A stretch of 64,000 nucleotides of DNA from Spirochaetia bacterium (GTDB lineage Bacteria > Spirochaetota > Spirochaetia > SP-2023), in the NCBI GenBank assembly GCA_965263295.1, contig OZ253665.1, forward strand, positions 1,440,001 through 1,504,000. Direction: 5' to 3'. The notes beneath the pieces are model-generated. The model was not told the origin of the DNA, did no database searches, and saw only the letters and a list, made by a program, of their open reading frames with translations. Shown piece by piece: positions 49,490 through 58,918 of the stretch (positions within the stretch are counted from its first letter, which is position 1; each line of letters begins with the position of its first letter). A program made the translations under genes and the position numbers.

Positions 49490-50269
49490 TCAGTTCCTCA
49501 GGCCTAGCCCGCGAGTTACCAGCCCATACGCCAGGCCATACAAGAGGAGGACAAAAGCGCTCAGGACGGCGAGTGAGGTCAGGATGCCCACGTCGGAGAC
49601 GCCCAGAAAGCCATAGCGAAAAGCATTCACCATGTAAATGATCGGATTGATCTGCGATACCTGCTGCCAGAATTCTGGCAGCAGATGGATTGAGTAAAAT
49701 ACTCCGCCGAGATACGTCATCGGAGTCAATATAAAAGTTGGAACGATGGCGATATCGTCAAAGGTTTTTGCCAATATCCCATTAATCATGCCCCCCAGGC
49801 TGAACACCACAGAAGTCAGAAAGAGTGTGAGCGCGATCATTCCCCAGCTCTCTATGTGCAAGTCGACAAATAGCAATGATATCAAGGTGACAAGGATTCC
49901 CACCAAGACGCCGCGCGCGACACCGCCCATGACGAAACCGGCAATGATCACGTGGCTCGGTACCGGCGCTATCAATAATTCTTCGATATTTCTCTGAAAT
50001 TTATTGCCAAAAAAAGACGAGGCCACATTAGAGAACGAATTGGTTATCACCGCCATCATGATTAAGCCGGGCACAATGTATTCCATATAGCTAAAGCCAT
50101 TCATCTCGCCAATACGAGTCCCGATCAGGCGGCCAAAAATAATGAAATACAGGCTCATGGTGATGGCGGGAGGCACCAGGGTTTGCAGCCAGATGCGGAT
50201 GAAGCGTTTGACCTCCCGGCCGAGCAAACTTTGAAACGCTATCCAGTAGACTCCATACATGTTCATCAC
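49490..50269 (-). CDS. yadH: ABC-2 type transporter permease, YadH-like
   Basis: RFIRIWLQTLVPPAITMSLYFIIFG, YIVPGLIMMAVITNS and LGGVFYS. Confidence 0.9.
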   Translation of the reverse strand: MMNMYGVYWIAFQSLLGREVKRFIRIWLQTLVPPAITMSLYFIIFGRLIGTRIGEMNGFSYMEYIVPGLIMMAVITNSFSNVASSFFGNKFQRNIEELLIAPVPSHVIIAGFVMGGVARGVLVGILVTLISLLFVDLHIESWGMIALTLFLTSVVFSLGGMINGILAKTFDDIAIVPTFILTPMTYLGGVFYSIHLLPEFWQQVSQINPIIYMVNAFRYGFLGVSDVGILTSLAVLSAFVLLLYGLAYGLVTRGLGLRN

Positions 50270-51186
50270 TGCGCCCCCTGTTCGCGCACTATGTTGACAA
50301 ATAACTCTTCAAGGCGGTTGGCCTTGTTGCGCATCGACAATACTTTTATTTTTTGCTCTGTCAGCTGGGTAAAAATGTCATTCAGCCCCTGGGATTTTTC
50401 TAGTTCAATCTCCAGGGAACCATCGTGCCGATACTCAAAATTCATCCCCTCCAGCTTTGGCTCGGGCGAATCCGGCGCAAGGTCGAAAATAAAGGTCTCG
50501 ACATGCAGCTTAGCCAGCAGTTCCTTCATCGTCGTGTTTTCAATCAATTCGCCGCGATGGATGATGCCGATGTTGCGACACAGCATTTCCGCCTCTTCCA
50601 GGTAGTGAGTCGTCAAAATGATGGTTATGCCGCAGCGCTGATTGATATCCCGCAGGAACTCCCACATGGAACGGCGCAGTTCAATATCCACGCCGGCCGT
50701 CGGCTCGTCCAAAATCAGCAGCTGGGGCTCGTGTACCAAGGCGCGCGCAATCATCAGGCGGCGCTTCATGCCCCCCGATAGTTTGCCGGCCGGTTCGTCG
50801 CGCTTCTCCCAAAGCTCAAGCCGCGACAGATAGTCTTGCGCCCGCCGTTTCGCCAGGGCCTTGGGCACGCCGTAGTAGCCAGCCTGCTGCAATACCAGCT
50901 GTTCGACTTTTTCAAACTGGCTAAAGTTAAACTCCTGTGGCACCAGGCCGAGATGGCTTTTGGCCAGCTCCAGCTCCGTATCCATATCGCGCCCAAAGAT
51001 CTTCACTTTGCCTGAGCTTTTATTCACCAGCGAGCTAATCACGCCAATGGTCGTCGATTTTCCCGCCCCGTTGGGGCCAAGCAGGGCATAGAAATCGCCG
51101 CGCTCAACCTGCAGACTGATGCCTTTCAAGGCTTCGAGGCCGTTCGCATAAGTTTTACGCAACTGTTTGATATCCAACGCATACAT
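50266..51186 (-). CDS. yadG: ABC transporter ATP-binding protein, YadG-like
   Basis: GPNGAGKSTT, LSGGMKRR, LILDEPTAGVD and NRLEELF. Confidence 0.92.
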   Translation of the reverse strand: MYALDIKQLRKTYANGLEALKGISLQVERGDFYALLGPNGAGKSTTIGVISSLVNKSSGKVKIFGRDMDTELELAKSHLGLVPQEFNFSQFEKVEQLVLQQAGYYGVPKALAKRRAQDYLSRLELWEKRDEPAGKLSGGMKRRLMIARALVHEPQLLILDEPTAGVDIELRRSMWEFLRDINQRCGITIILTTHYLEEAEMLCRNIGIIHRGELIENTTMKELLAKLHVETFIFDLAPDSPEPKLEGMNFEYRHDGSLEIELEKSQGLNDIFTQLTEQKIKVLSMRNKANRLEELFVNIVREQGAQ

Positions 51187-51329
51187 AAGCGGGCATTACT
51201 CCTAGTGTCGATTAGGGAACTATAAATAGCGACTTTAATATCATTTTTCAAGCCCCCTGTCTTCCGGTCGTTCCGGCATTTTCCCCGCCGCCGCGCTGGA
51301 ATTTGCCGGCAATTCTGGCTGGCGGTAGC

Positions 51330-52952
51330 TCAGGAATGCGGCAGTTCGGGCAGCCCAAGTTCAGTCAGAAACGCGTTGTGCCTGGCCGTCGACTCCCGAA
51401 TCTTATTCTCGATTTCAACCAGCTCCTTGTGCGTGACCCGCAGATCGATCTCTTTTTCCGGCTCGGCGGTGCTGACATAGCGCGAGATGTTCAGGTTGAA
51501 GTCGTTTTTCTCGATCTCGTCCATCTTCACGCGCCTGGCGTAGCGCTCAATGCTCTTTGGACGCTCTTTGTATGTATCGACGATATAGTCGATATGCTCC
51601 TCCGACAAGTTGTTTTGCCGCTTGCCCTTGTCAAAGCCTTCACTGGCGTTGATAAACAGGACGTCGTCGGGCTTTTTGCACTTCTTCAAAACCAGGATGC
51701 AGACCGGAATGCCGGTGGAATAAAACAAGTTGGCCGGCAGGCCGATCACCGTGTCGATGTGGCCGTCTTTGAGCAGTTTCGTGCGGATCTTCTCCTCGGC
51801 GCCGCCGCGAAACAACACGCCGTGTGGCAGGATGATGGCCATCACGCCGTCGTCCTTCAGGTAGTGAAAGCCGTGCAGCAAAAAAGCGAAGTCCGCCGCC
51901 GACTTCGGGGCCAGACCGTAATTTTTGAAGCGCACGTCCTTGCCCAAGGCTTCGTTCGGGTCCCAGCGGTAACTGAACGGCGGGTTGGCGACCACCGCGT
52001 CAAAATACGGTTTCTTCGCCGGATTTTCCTCGCGCAGCATGTCCCAGTCGTTGGTCAGCGTGTCGCCGTGAAAAATCTCGAACTCGGTATCTTTTACCCC
52101 GTGCAGCAGCATGTTCATGCGCGCCAGGTTGTAGGTGGTTATATTTTTTTCCTGCCCGCAGATTTTGCCGATGCCATGCGGCCCCATGCGCTTGCGCACA
52201 TTCAAAAGCAGGGAGCCCGAACCGCAGGCGAAGTCCATCACGCTGGCGAGATGTTTGCGCGGGCCGGTTTTCGGGTCCTGGCCGTCGAGCGTTACGATCG
52301 CCGAGAGAATGTCCGATATCCGCTGCGGCGTGTAGAACTCGCCGGCCTTCTTGCCCGATCCGGCGGCGAATTGACCGATCAGATATTCATAGGCGTCGCC
52401 CAGGTCGTCACTGCCGGTCGAGAGTCCCGCGATGCCCTCGGCAATCTTAGTGATAATTGTGTAGAGCTTTTCATTCTGGGCCTCGTAGGTTTTGCCGAGC
52501 TTTTCGGAATTGAGATTGATTTCCGAGAAAAGCCCGGAGAACGTGCTGTGGAAGGACTCGTTCTCAATATATTTGAAGCCGTTCTGAAGCGTTTTCAGCA
52601 GATCGCCATTCTGGGTGCGGGCCATGTGGGCGATGCTGGTCCAGAGGTATTCAGGGCGAATGACATAATGCGCCTTGCGCCGCATCTGCCTTTCGAAGTC
52701 CGGCACATCGCCGGGGTTCTGCTCGTACCAGGCCGACAGCGGCGACCGCCCGCCATTGCCAATGGCATTCGGGTCGGGGTAGTCGGGTCCCAGTTCCTTA
52801 GCCGCGGCCTGCTCGTAATTGTCCGAGAGGTAGCGAAGAAACAGCAGGGCGAGCATGTAGTCACGGAAATCGTCGGCGTTCATCGCCCCGCGCAGTTGAT
52901 CGGCGATCTTCCACAGCGTATCGCCAAGATTTTTGTTATCTTGTTCTGTCAT
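51330..52952 (-). CDS. hsdM: Type I restriction-modification N6-adenine methyltransferase subunit
   Basis: LWKIADQLRG, GEFYTP, DFACGSGSLL and VANPPF. Confidence 0.97.
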   Translation of the reverse strand: MTEQDNKNLGDTLWKIADQLRGAMNADDFRDYMLALLFLRYLSDNYEQAAAKELGPDYPDPNAIGNGGRSPLSAWYEQNPGDVPDFERQMRRKAHYVIRPEYLWTSIAHMARTQNGDLLKTLQNGFKYIENESFHSTFSGLFSEINLNSEKLGKTYEAQNEKLYTIITKIAEGIAGLSTGSDDLGDAYEYLIGQFAAGSGKKAGEFYTPQRISDILSAIVTLDGQDPKTGPRKHLASVMDFACGSGSLLLNVRKRMGPHGIGKICGQEKNITTYNLARMNMLLHGVKDTEFEIFHGDTLTNDWDMLREENPAKKPYFDAVVANPPFSYRWDPNEALGKDVRFKNYGLAPKSAADFAFLLHGFHYLKDDGVMAIILPHGVLFRGGAEEKIRTKLLKDGHIDTVIGLPANLFYSTGIPVCILVLKKCKKPDDVLFINASEGFDKGKRQNNLSEEHIDYIVDTYKERPKSIERYARRVKMDEIEKNDFNLNISRYVSTAEPEKEIDLRVTHKELVEIENKIRESTARHNAFLTELGLPELPHS

Positions 52953-54103
52953 GGGTTGTCTCTCATTCTCTGTCCAGTTTCTCTCCCGGACAGGTCGGGA
53001 AGCGCGAACGGGAACTGTTTCAGAACGTCATCGAGAATTCTGCGAAACAGCTCTTTGTTGTCGTCCACCATATCAACCGGCTCGTTGATGGCATATTTGC
53101 CGTGGCTCAGCAGGTTCAGGGCGCGATTGTAAAGGATCTCGTCCGGCAGCCCTTTCAGGCAGATACTGAGGTCATTATGGCCGAAGAAACTCGCTGTCTT
53201 CTCCAGAATACTGCGCAGAGCGTTGAAGTGATATGTATAGAGGGGTCCTTCCTCCGAACATTTCAAAAGCTCGGCAAGGGTCGCCACATGATGAAAATAG
53301 GGCGTATCTCCAGTGGCGCGCAGCGTCAACATACCCTGTTCGTTTGGCCGGTGCAGAAAATACCGCTTCGTTTTGACTTTTTCCTGAGCCTCCCCGGTCC
53401 TGCCGAGCTCGTTGCACATCACGTTGAAGAACAGTGCGTGGTGTGAGGAGAACACGGTGCGCAGTGGGTCCGGTTCACCCTGCGCGTTTTTGCGCGAGGC
53501 CGCTTTGCGAAGGAGCGCCGCCAAGTCACAGGCAATGGCGATGGCATTGTTGTCATCCAACGACGAGATGGGATCATCGATGTAGAGGTGCTTGACCCGC
53601 TCATAAGAGGCCAGCCCGTCGATGACCCGCTCACAGATCGCCATGAACATACACCAGATGAAAATCTTCTCTTCACCACGGGATATCTTGATCCGTTCTT
53701 CGTCGCCCTTACGGAAGGTCACGAACCACTTCTCGTAGTTGATGTCAAAATCAAAATCCGTGTAGCGCGACAGGTATCCGGCGATTGTCTCGTCGAGTGC
53801 TAAGTCCTTCAGGCCGTCAAAGAAGGACGATTTCTCGTTAATTTCCAGACGACGGTCCGTGTCGTTGTCTAAATCATTGTGCCAAACAAAAAGATCCTCA
53901 GTGAACGCGTTGAAATACAGTGTATCGGATATCCCCTTTGCCTTTCGCTTGCCGACGTCTTTGAACTCCATCGACAACCGAGTTTTCCCGGTTCGATTGT
54001 ACGCGTAGAGGAGAACGCAGTGGATGTTCGCTAGATCGCTGCGCAGCCTTTTCGCAAGCGTAGTCAAATTCTTGTATTCACGGATCTTCGGGGTCCCACT
54101 CAT
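52949..54103 (-). CDS. prrC: PrrC-like anticodon nuclease (ABC-ATPase + HEPN)
   Basis: YAYNRTGKTRLS, LYFNAFTEDLF, ISRGEE, YIDDPISSLDDN, SHH, FNALRSILEKTASFFG and HEPN-like RALNLLSH; embedded in the hsd operon. Confidence 0.82.
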   Translation of the reverse strand: MSGTPKIREYKNLTTLAKRLRSDLANIHCVLLYAYNRTGKTRLSMEFKDVGKRKAKGISDTLYFNAFTEDLFVWHNDLDNDTDRRLEINEKSSFFDGLKDLALDETIAGYLSRYTDFDFDINYEKWFVTFRKGDEERIKISRGEEKIFIWCMFMAICERVIDGLASYERVKHLYIDDPISSLDDNNAIAIACDLAALLRKAASRKNAQGEPDPLRTVFSSHHALFFNVMCNELGRTGEAQEKVKTKRYFLHRPNEQGMLTLRATGDTPYFHHVATLAELLKCSEEGPLYTYHFNALRSILEKTASFFGHNDLSICLKGLPDEILYNRALNLLSHGKYAINEPVDMVDDNKELFRRILDDVLKQFPFALPDLSGRETGQRMRDNP

Positions 54104-55392
54104 GGCTGATTACCCTCCAGCGTGGGAAAGAGTTGCTGCAGCAGCCCTTGCTTGTGAGTCCGCAGGGCGTCGAGCTTGCGGGCCTGTGCCGCGATCAGGT
54201 CGTCAAGGCAAGAAAGGCAGTCGGCGATGCGCTGTTGTTCTTCAGGATCGCTCGGATAGCACAGCGGGACGTTTTCAAGTGCTGACTTGCTAACCGCAGG
54301 CACCACACCACCCGCGTGGTCACTTAGAGAAACATTAGACCAGAGATATAATAGAAACTCGTCGGCGCTTTTCGTGTTTATCGCTTTAACGCCGGCTGTA
54401 TTGTTGTCGATCATTGCTGGCTTCGTCGTGACAACGCGTCGATTTAATCGGATCGCTTCACCGATTTTGGCAAAGATAATCGTTCCCGTCGGCACGGGCT
54501 TTCCTCGAATTTCATCGAGCACGTCGGAATTGATATAGTTGTTCGCCTTCGAAATGTATCTCTGATCTTTTTCAATAGTCAGCGATATATCGCTGACCTT
54601 ATAGAAGGGGTATTGCCCGTTTTTATTCCCCTGAAACTTATCCGGAAAACCGCAGCCCGGCAGCACTCTTGCGATGTCACGGCAGTGCCCCGTCTTCCAA
54701 TAAGGGGCATCCCGAAACTCCGGAAAGCGCAGCTCCGGCACGGTCTGGCCTTGTTGCGGGAAGAGCTTTTGCATCAGTCCTTTTTTATGCCGCCTGAGGG
54801 CGTCGAGCTTGCCGGCCTGCGCCGCGATCAGCTCGTCGAGGGAAGACAGACAATCGGCGATGCGCTGTTGTTCGGCTATTTCCCGGGGCGTTGGGACGGT
54901 GATCCCAAAGAAAGTATCTGCGTTAATGTTCAGCAAGCCGTTGCTTCGGGCACCACTCGTGATGTGCCGGATGAGTTGGCGACCATGCTCATTTTTCTCG
55001 AAGAAGCCGAGAACGAACGCGGGTTCTAAATGGTCATATAAACGAAAGCAGTAAAACGCATTCGATGCAGCTACTTCGTCGAACTCTGTTAGTTGATACA
55101 CACAACCTTGGGGAAACTGCTTTGAATTACCCCTGTTGTAAGCAAATTCACCGCGCTGAAGCCGGATGTACTTTCTGTACTGGGATCCCGCGATATTGCG
55201 GCCGAACTTTTCTGCTTGTGGCACAAACCCTTTTCCTGCTGAGATGCTGACCGGAGTTAGTTGGGAGTCCCCCACTGTCTCGGTCAGCCGGTCACATAAA
55301 TCATTCAACGGCTTGGCTTCCCACTCTCCCGCGTCCCGAAACGCCGGAAAGCGCAGTTTGGGTACAAGGGGCGACGGCGTGCCGGCGGTCAT
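54100..55392 (-). CDS. hsdS: Type I restriction-modification specificity subunit
   Basis: VPKLRFP start and two TRDs, each followed by a conserved EQQRIADCLS.LD.LIAAQA.KLDALR repeat (about 54757-54873 and 54124-54240). Confidence 0.96.
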   Translation of the reverse strand: MTAGTPSPLVPKLRFPAFRDAGEWEAKPLNDLCDRLTETVGDSQLTPVSISAGKGFVPQAEKFGRNIAGSQYRKYIRLQRGEFAYNRGNSKQFPQGCVYQLTEFDEVAASNAFYCFRLYDHLEPAFVLGFFEKNEHGRQLIRHITSGARSNGLLNINADTFFGITVPTPREIAEQQRIADCLSSLDELIAAQAGKLDALRRHKKGLMQKLFPQQGQTVPELRFPEFRDAPYWKTGHCRDIARVLPGCGFPDKFQGNKNGQYPFYKVSDISLTIEKDQRYISKANNYINSDVLDEIRGKPVPTGTIIFAKIGEAIRLNRRVVTTKPAMIDNNTAGVKAINTKSADEFLLYLWSNVSLSDHAGGVVPAVSKSALENVPLCYPSDPEEQQRIADCLSCLDDLIAAQARKLDALRTHKQGLLQQLFPTLEGNQP

Positions 55393-58300
55393 CGCGCTCC
55401 CCCTGGCTCGTAGGCGTCGAGGCCCGAAATGTCGCGGCCCCGGGCCCGCTTGTTCAGGAGCGGCACGAGATCGGCCATCAGGGCGAGTTCGCGCTCGCGG
55501 CGCTCGCGCCAGCCGAGATCGAGCGGCTCCATCAGGTCGGTCAACTGCTCGCCGTCGAAAATCATGCGCCGAAGTATGGTGTCGACAAAGGCGGCCAGCG
55601 ACTGAGGCGGCAGGCCGTGGGCCTCGGCCAGGTCCTCAATCTCCCTGGCCTGCCGATCGGCCTTGAAATGCTGATAGCCGGTGCGGATGGCGGCCTCGTT
55701 CAGCCCTTCGCCCGCCTTGAGCGAGCGGACGTATTCGGCGATCAAGTCCCGCTCGTCGAGGAATTTGGCGTCGGACTGGATCAGCCCGATCAACTGCTCG
55801 CGGCTAATCGGGACCTTTTGCGGGTCCTGCGCGGAGTACTTGGCGATCAGCTTCATAATGTAGTCATAGTCAATGTCGGCCGAGGCGAAGAGGACGAACT
55901 CAAAGTCCAGCTGGTCGGCTTCGGAGCTGCTTGGCACGCCGTCGGGCTCAGGTGCGCCCCGCCGCTGTTTCAGTTTGCGGGCGGTTTCAAGATAGGCGCC
56001 GCGGAAGGCGCGCAGGTCGTCTTTGGGCAGGGTCTGCCCGATCTGCTCGCGTTGCTCGCTGGTCAGGTCGGTGTACTGGTCCAGCTGCGTCTTCAGGCGC
56101 TGCACCTCCCTGAATCGTTTGATGAACTGGGTGCGGGCATCGTCGCCCTTGAGGTTGGGCACCTGGTCGGGCCTGGTTTCGAGGCCCTGCGAGGTCATGA
56201 ACGCATCGAGGTCGGCGACGGCTTGCTCAAATTTTTCGATCACTCGCGGCGGCGCCTCCACCAGCCAAATCTCGCGTGCCCGCTCGGGTTGGACGCCGGA
56301 AAACAGGGCGATGGCGTCATCGACGCTGTCTTGCTGCTGGCGGAAATCGAGGATGTGGCCATGGGGCTTGGTGCCATGGGGCTTGGTGGCGTTGAGAACG
56401 CGGTTGGTGCGGGAAAACGCCTGAATCAGGCCGTGGTGTCTAAGAGGCTTGTCGACGTAAAGGGTGTTCAGGAACCGGGCGTCAAAGCCGGTGAGTAGCA
56501 TGTCGACAACGATGGTGATGTCGATCTTTTCCTTTTGGGGCAGGTCGCTGTTGGGGAACTGCTGATCCTTGATGCGCTGCTGGATGTCCTGATAGTAAAG
56601 GTCGAAATTGTCGAGGCCGTGGTTGCTGCCATAGCTCTGGTTGTAGTCGGCGATGATCGCCTTGAGCGCGGCCTTCTTGCCCTCGGGGTCGTGCCGGTTG
56701 TCCTCTTTTTCCTGGATGAGGTCCTCCTGAATCTGCCGGATGTCCCTTCTGTTTTTCTCGCCTTCTTTCCCGTCTTCTTTGGCCGGGTTCACCGGCGGCG
56801 AGAACACGGCGGCGATCTTGAGAGGAACGAAATCGGGGTCGGCGGCCTGGCGCTCGGCCTGGAGCGCCTTGAAAATCTTGTAGTATTCGATCGCGTCGTC
56901 GATCGAGGCGGTGGCAAACAAGGCGTTGAATTTACGCCCGGCGGTGGCGGCGGCGTGTTTTTCGAGGATCGTTTCGATAATCGCTCTCTTGGCGGCCGGC
57001 GTGCCCACGTTCGGCTTATCCGCGCCTTGCCCTTCGTAGTAATCGACGTGAAAGCGCAAAACGTTGCCATCCTCGATCGCGTGCGTGATGGTATATTCGT
57101 GGAGGCTTTTTTGAAACAGGTCCTCGGTGGTTTGCAGGGTGGCCACCTCTCCCTCGGCCCGCTTGATGGTGGCGTTGTCCTTGAAGATCGGAGTGCCGGT
57201 GAAACCGAAGAGCTGGGAGTTCGGGAAGAACGTCTTGATAGCCCGGTGGTTTTCGCCGAACTGCGAGCGATGGCATTCGTCAAAGATGAAGACCATGCGC
57301 CTGTCGCGGAGTGGTTCGAGCTGCTGCTTGAAGGTCGGCCGCCCCTTGTCGATGTTCCGCTTGTTGTGCTTGCTGCTCTCGTCAAGGGCCAACCCCAGCT
57401 TTTGGATGGTCGTGACGATGACCTTGTCGGCGTAATCGTCGGACAGAAGGCGGCGGACCAGCGCCGCGGTGTTGGTGTTTTCCTCGACGCAGCCTTCCTG
57501 AAAGCGGTTGAATTCCTCGCGGGTTTGGCGGTCTAGGTCCTTGCGGTCGACGACGAAAAGGCATTTGTGGATGCTCTCGTTGGCCTTGAGCAGCGTCGCG
57601 GCCTTAAAAGAGGTCAGGGTCTTGCCGCTGCCCGTCGTGTGCCAGATGTAGCCGTTGCCGCAGTTCTGATTGATGCAATCGACGATGGCCTTGACGGCGT
57701 AGATCTGGTATGGGCGCATCATCAGCAGCTTGCGCTCGCTGGCGATGAGCACCATATATTTGCTGATCATCTGGCCAAGCGTGCACTTGGCCAGAAAATG
57801 GCCGGCGAAAGCGTCTAGGTGAGTGATCTTCTGGTTGTCTTGGCCTGCGAATTGATAGACCGGCAAAAACCGCTCGTCCGCGTCAAAGGCGAAATGCTTG
57901 GCGTTGTTGTTGGCGAAGTACCAGGTGTCCGTGCGGTTGCTGACGATGAACAGCTGGACGAAGCACAGAAGCGTCCTGGTGTAGCCGTTGCCGGGGTCGT
58001 TCTTGTAATCGACGATCTGCTCCATCGCCCGCCTTGGGCTGATCGCCAGTGCCTTGAGCTCAATCTGAACGACGGGGACGCCGTTGATCAGGAGCATGAC
58101 GTCGTAGCGGTGGTGGCTGTAAGCACTGTTGATACGCAGTTGATGGATCACCTCAAAGTCGTTTTTGCACCAGTCCTTGGTGTTGACCAGGGTGTAGTGG
58201 AGTGGCGTCCCATCCTCGCGCGTAAAGCTGTTTGTTTCGCGCAGAATACGCGCGGCGTCAAACACATCGGGGTTCACGATCTCATCGAGAAGACGTGCGA

Positions 58301-58451
58301 ACTCGCTGTCTGTCAGCTGCACGCGATTGAGCGCGGCGAACTTTTCGCGGAAATTCTTCTCCAGGGCAGCGCGATCTTTGATGTCCTGACGGTAGACATA
58401 TTTTAGATCGGTCAGCTTGGCGATCAACTCTTGTTCAATTTGCCGTTCCAT
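55389..58451 (-). CDS. hsdR: Type I restriction endonuclease subunit R
   Basis: RYDVMLLINGVPVVQIELK nuclease motif, HTTGSGKT, DECHRSQ, FTGTP, MLLTGFD and QAFSRTNR. Start is uncertain (58451-58514). Confidence 0.96.
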   Translation of the reverse strand: MERQIEQELIAKLTDLKYVYRQDIKDRAALEKNFREKFAALNRVQLTDSEFARLLDEIVNPDVFDAARILRETNSFTREDGTPLHYTLVNTKDWCKNDFEVIHQLRINSAYSHHRYDVMLLINGVPVVQIELKALAISPRRAMEQIVDYKNDPGNGYTRTLLCFVQLFIVSNRTDTWYFANNNAKHFAFDADERFLPVYQFAGQDNQKITHLDAFAGHFLAKCTLGQMISKYMVLIASERKLLMMRPYQIYAVKAIVDCINQNCGNGYIWHTTGSGKTLTSFKAATLLKANESIHKCLFVVDRKDLDRQTREEFNRFQEGCVEENTNTAALVRRLLSDDYADKVIVTTIQKLGLALDESSKHNKRNIDKGRPTFKQQLEPLRDRRMVFIFDECHRSQFGENHRAIKTFFPNSQLFGFTGTPIFKDNATIKRAEGEVATLQTTEDLFQKSLHEYTITHAIEDGNVLRFHVDYYEGQGADKPNVGTPAAKRAIIETILEKHAAATAGRKFNALFATASIDDAIEYYKIFKALQAERQAADPDFVPLKIAAVFSPPVNPAKEDGKEGEKNRRDIRQIQEDLIQEKEDNRHDPEGKKAALKAIIADYNQSYGSNHGLDNFDLYYQDIQQRIKDQQFPNSDLPQKEKIDITIVVDMLLTGFDARFLNTLYVDKPLRHHGLIQAFSRTNRVLNATKPHGTKPHGHILDFRQQQDSVDDAIALFSGVQPERAREIWLVEAPPRVIEKFEQAVADLDAFMTSQGLETRPDQVPNLKGDDARTQFIKRFREVQRLKTQLDQYTDLTSEQREQIGQTLPKDDLRAFRGAYLETARKLKQRRGAPEPDGVPSSSEADQLDFEFVLFASADIDYDYIMKLIAKYSAQDPQKVPISREQLIGLIQSDAKFLDERDLIAEYVRSLKAGEGLNEAAIRTGYQHFKADRQAREIEDLAEAHGLPPQSLAAFVDTILRRMIFDGEQLTDLMEPLDLGWRERRERELALMADLVPLLNKRARGRDISGLDAYEPGGAR
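56358..56387 (-). repeat. Perfect 15-bp tandem duplication inside hsdR (TKPHG x2)
   Basis: GCCATGGGGCTTGGT occurs twice in tandem on the + strand. Confidence 0.95.
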
Positions 58452-58821
58452 TATGACCGATTCCCCCTTTTTGTCCCCATCCATCATGCGACCGCTCGCT
58501 TCCACCGCCACCAAGTCATAACTGCGCCCAAATCTGGCTTATTTCGGGAAGAGGCATTCTCCGCTATCTTACGAGATTCGGCCAATGGCGCAATGTTCAT
58601 CATGCAAGTATCGCCCCCGCGCAGTTTGGGCGGCGATGGCCCAGAGGCTGTCCTCTCGCTTCTTTCGTCGATTATTCGTCACCATGCTGCGCTTCCTTGT
58701 AAGTTCTGGTCTATTGATTTCTGGGACGATTGTGAATTGATATTGCGATCAAAAGCGCCTGCAGGATTTTAAGTTTTCCCCTGGTTATTTGAAAAAATTA
58801 ATTGATTTTAAATTCAAACTG

Positions 58822-58836
58822 TGATAATCTTTATCA
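58822..58836. promoter_or_regulatory. Fur-box-like operator
   Basis: TGATAAT-C-TTTATCA, a 13/14 match to the 7-1-7 Fur consensus TGATAAT-N-ATTATCA. Confidence 0.65.
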
Positions 58837-58918
58837 TAAAGGGAATGAAAGGCCTCGTGCTTTATTTTTAGCTAGTCTGGCTCTTTTCATTTCTAATACC
58901 TACGCAAAGGGGAAGTCT

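Noticed and set aside
51303..53132. 609-aa ORF on the + strand
   Set aside because: Antisense shadow of the GC-rich hsdM/prrC genes, with no recognisable motifs.
55617..58406. Several long + strand ORFs (293, 333 and 195 aa)
   Set aside because: Antisense shadows of hsdR caused by codon bias.
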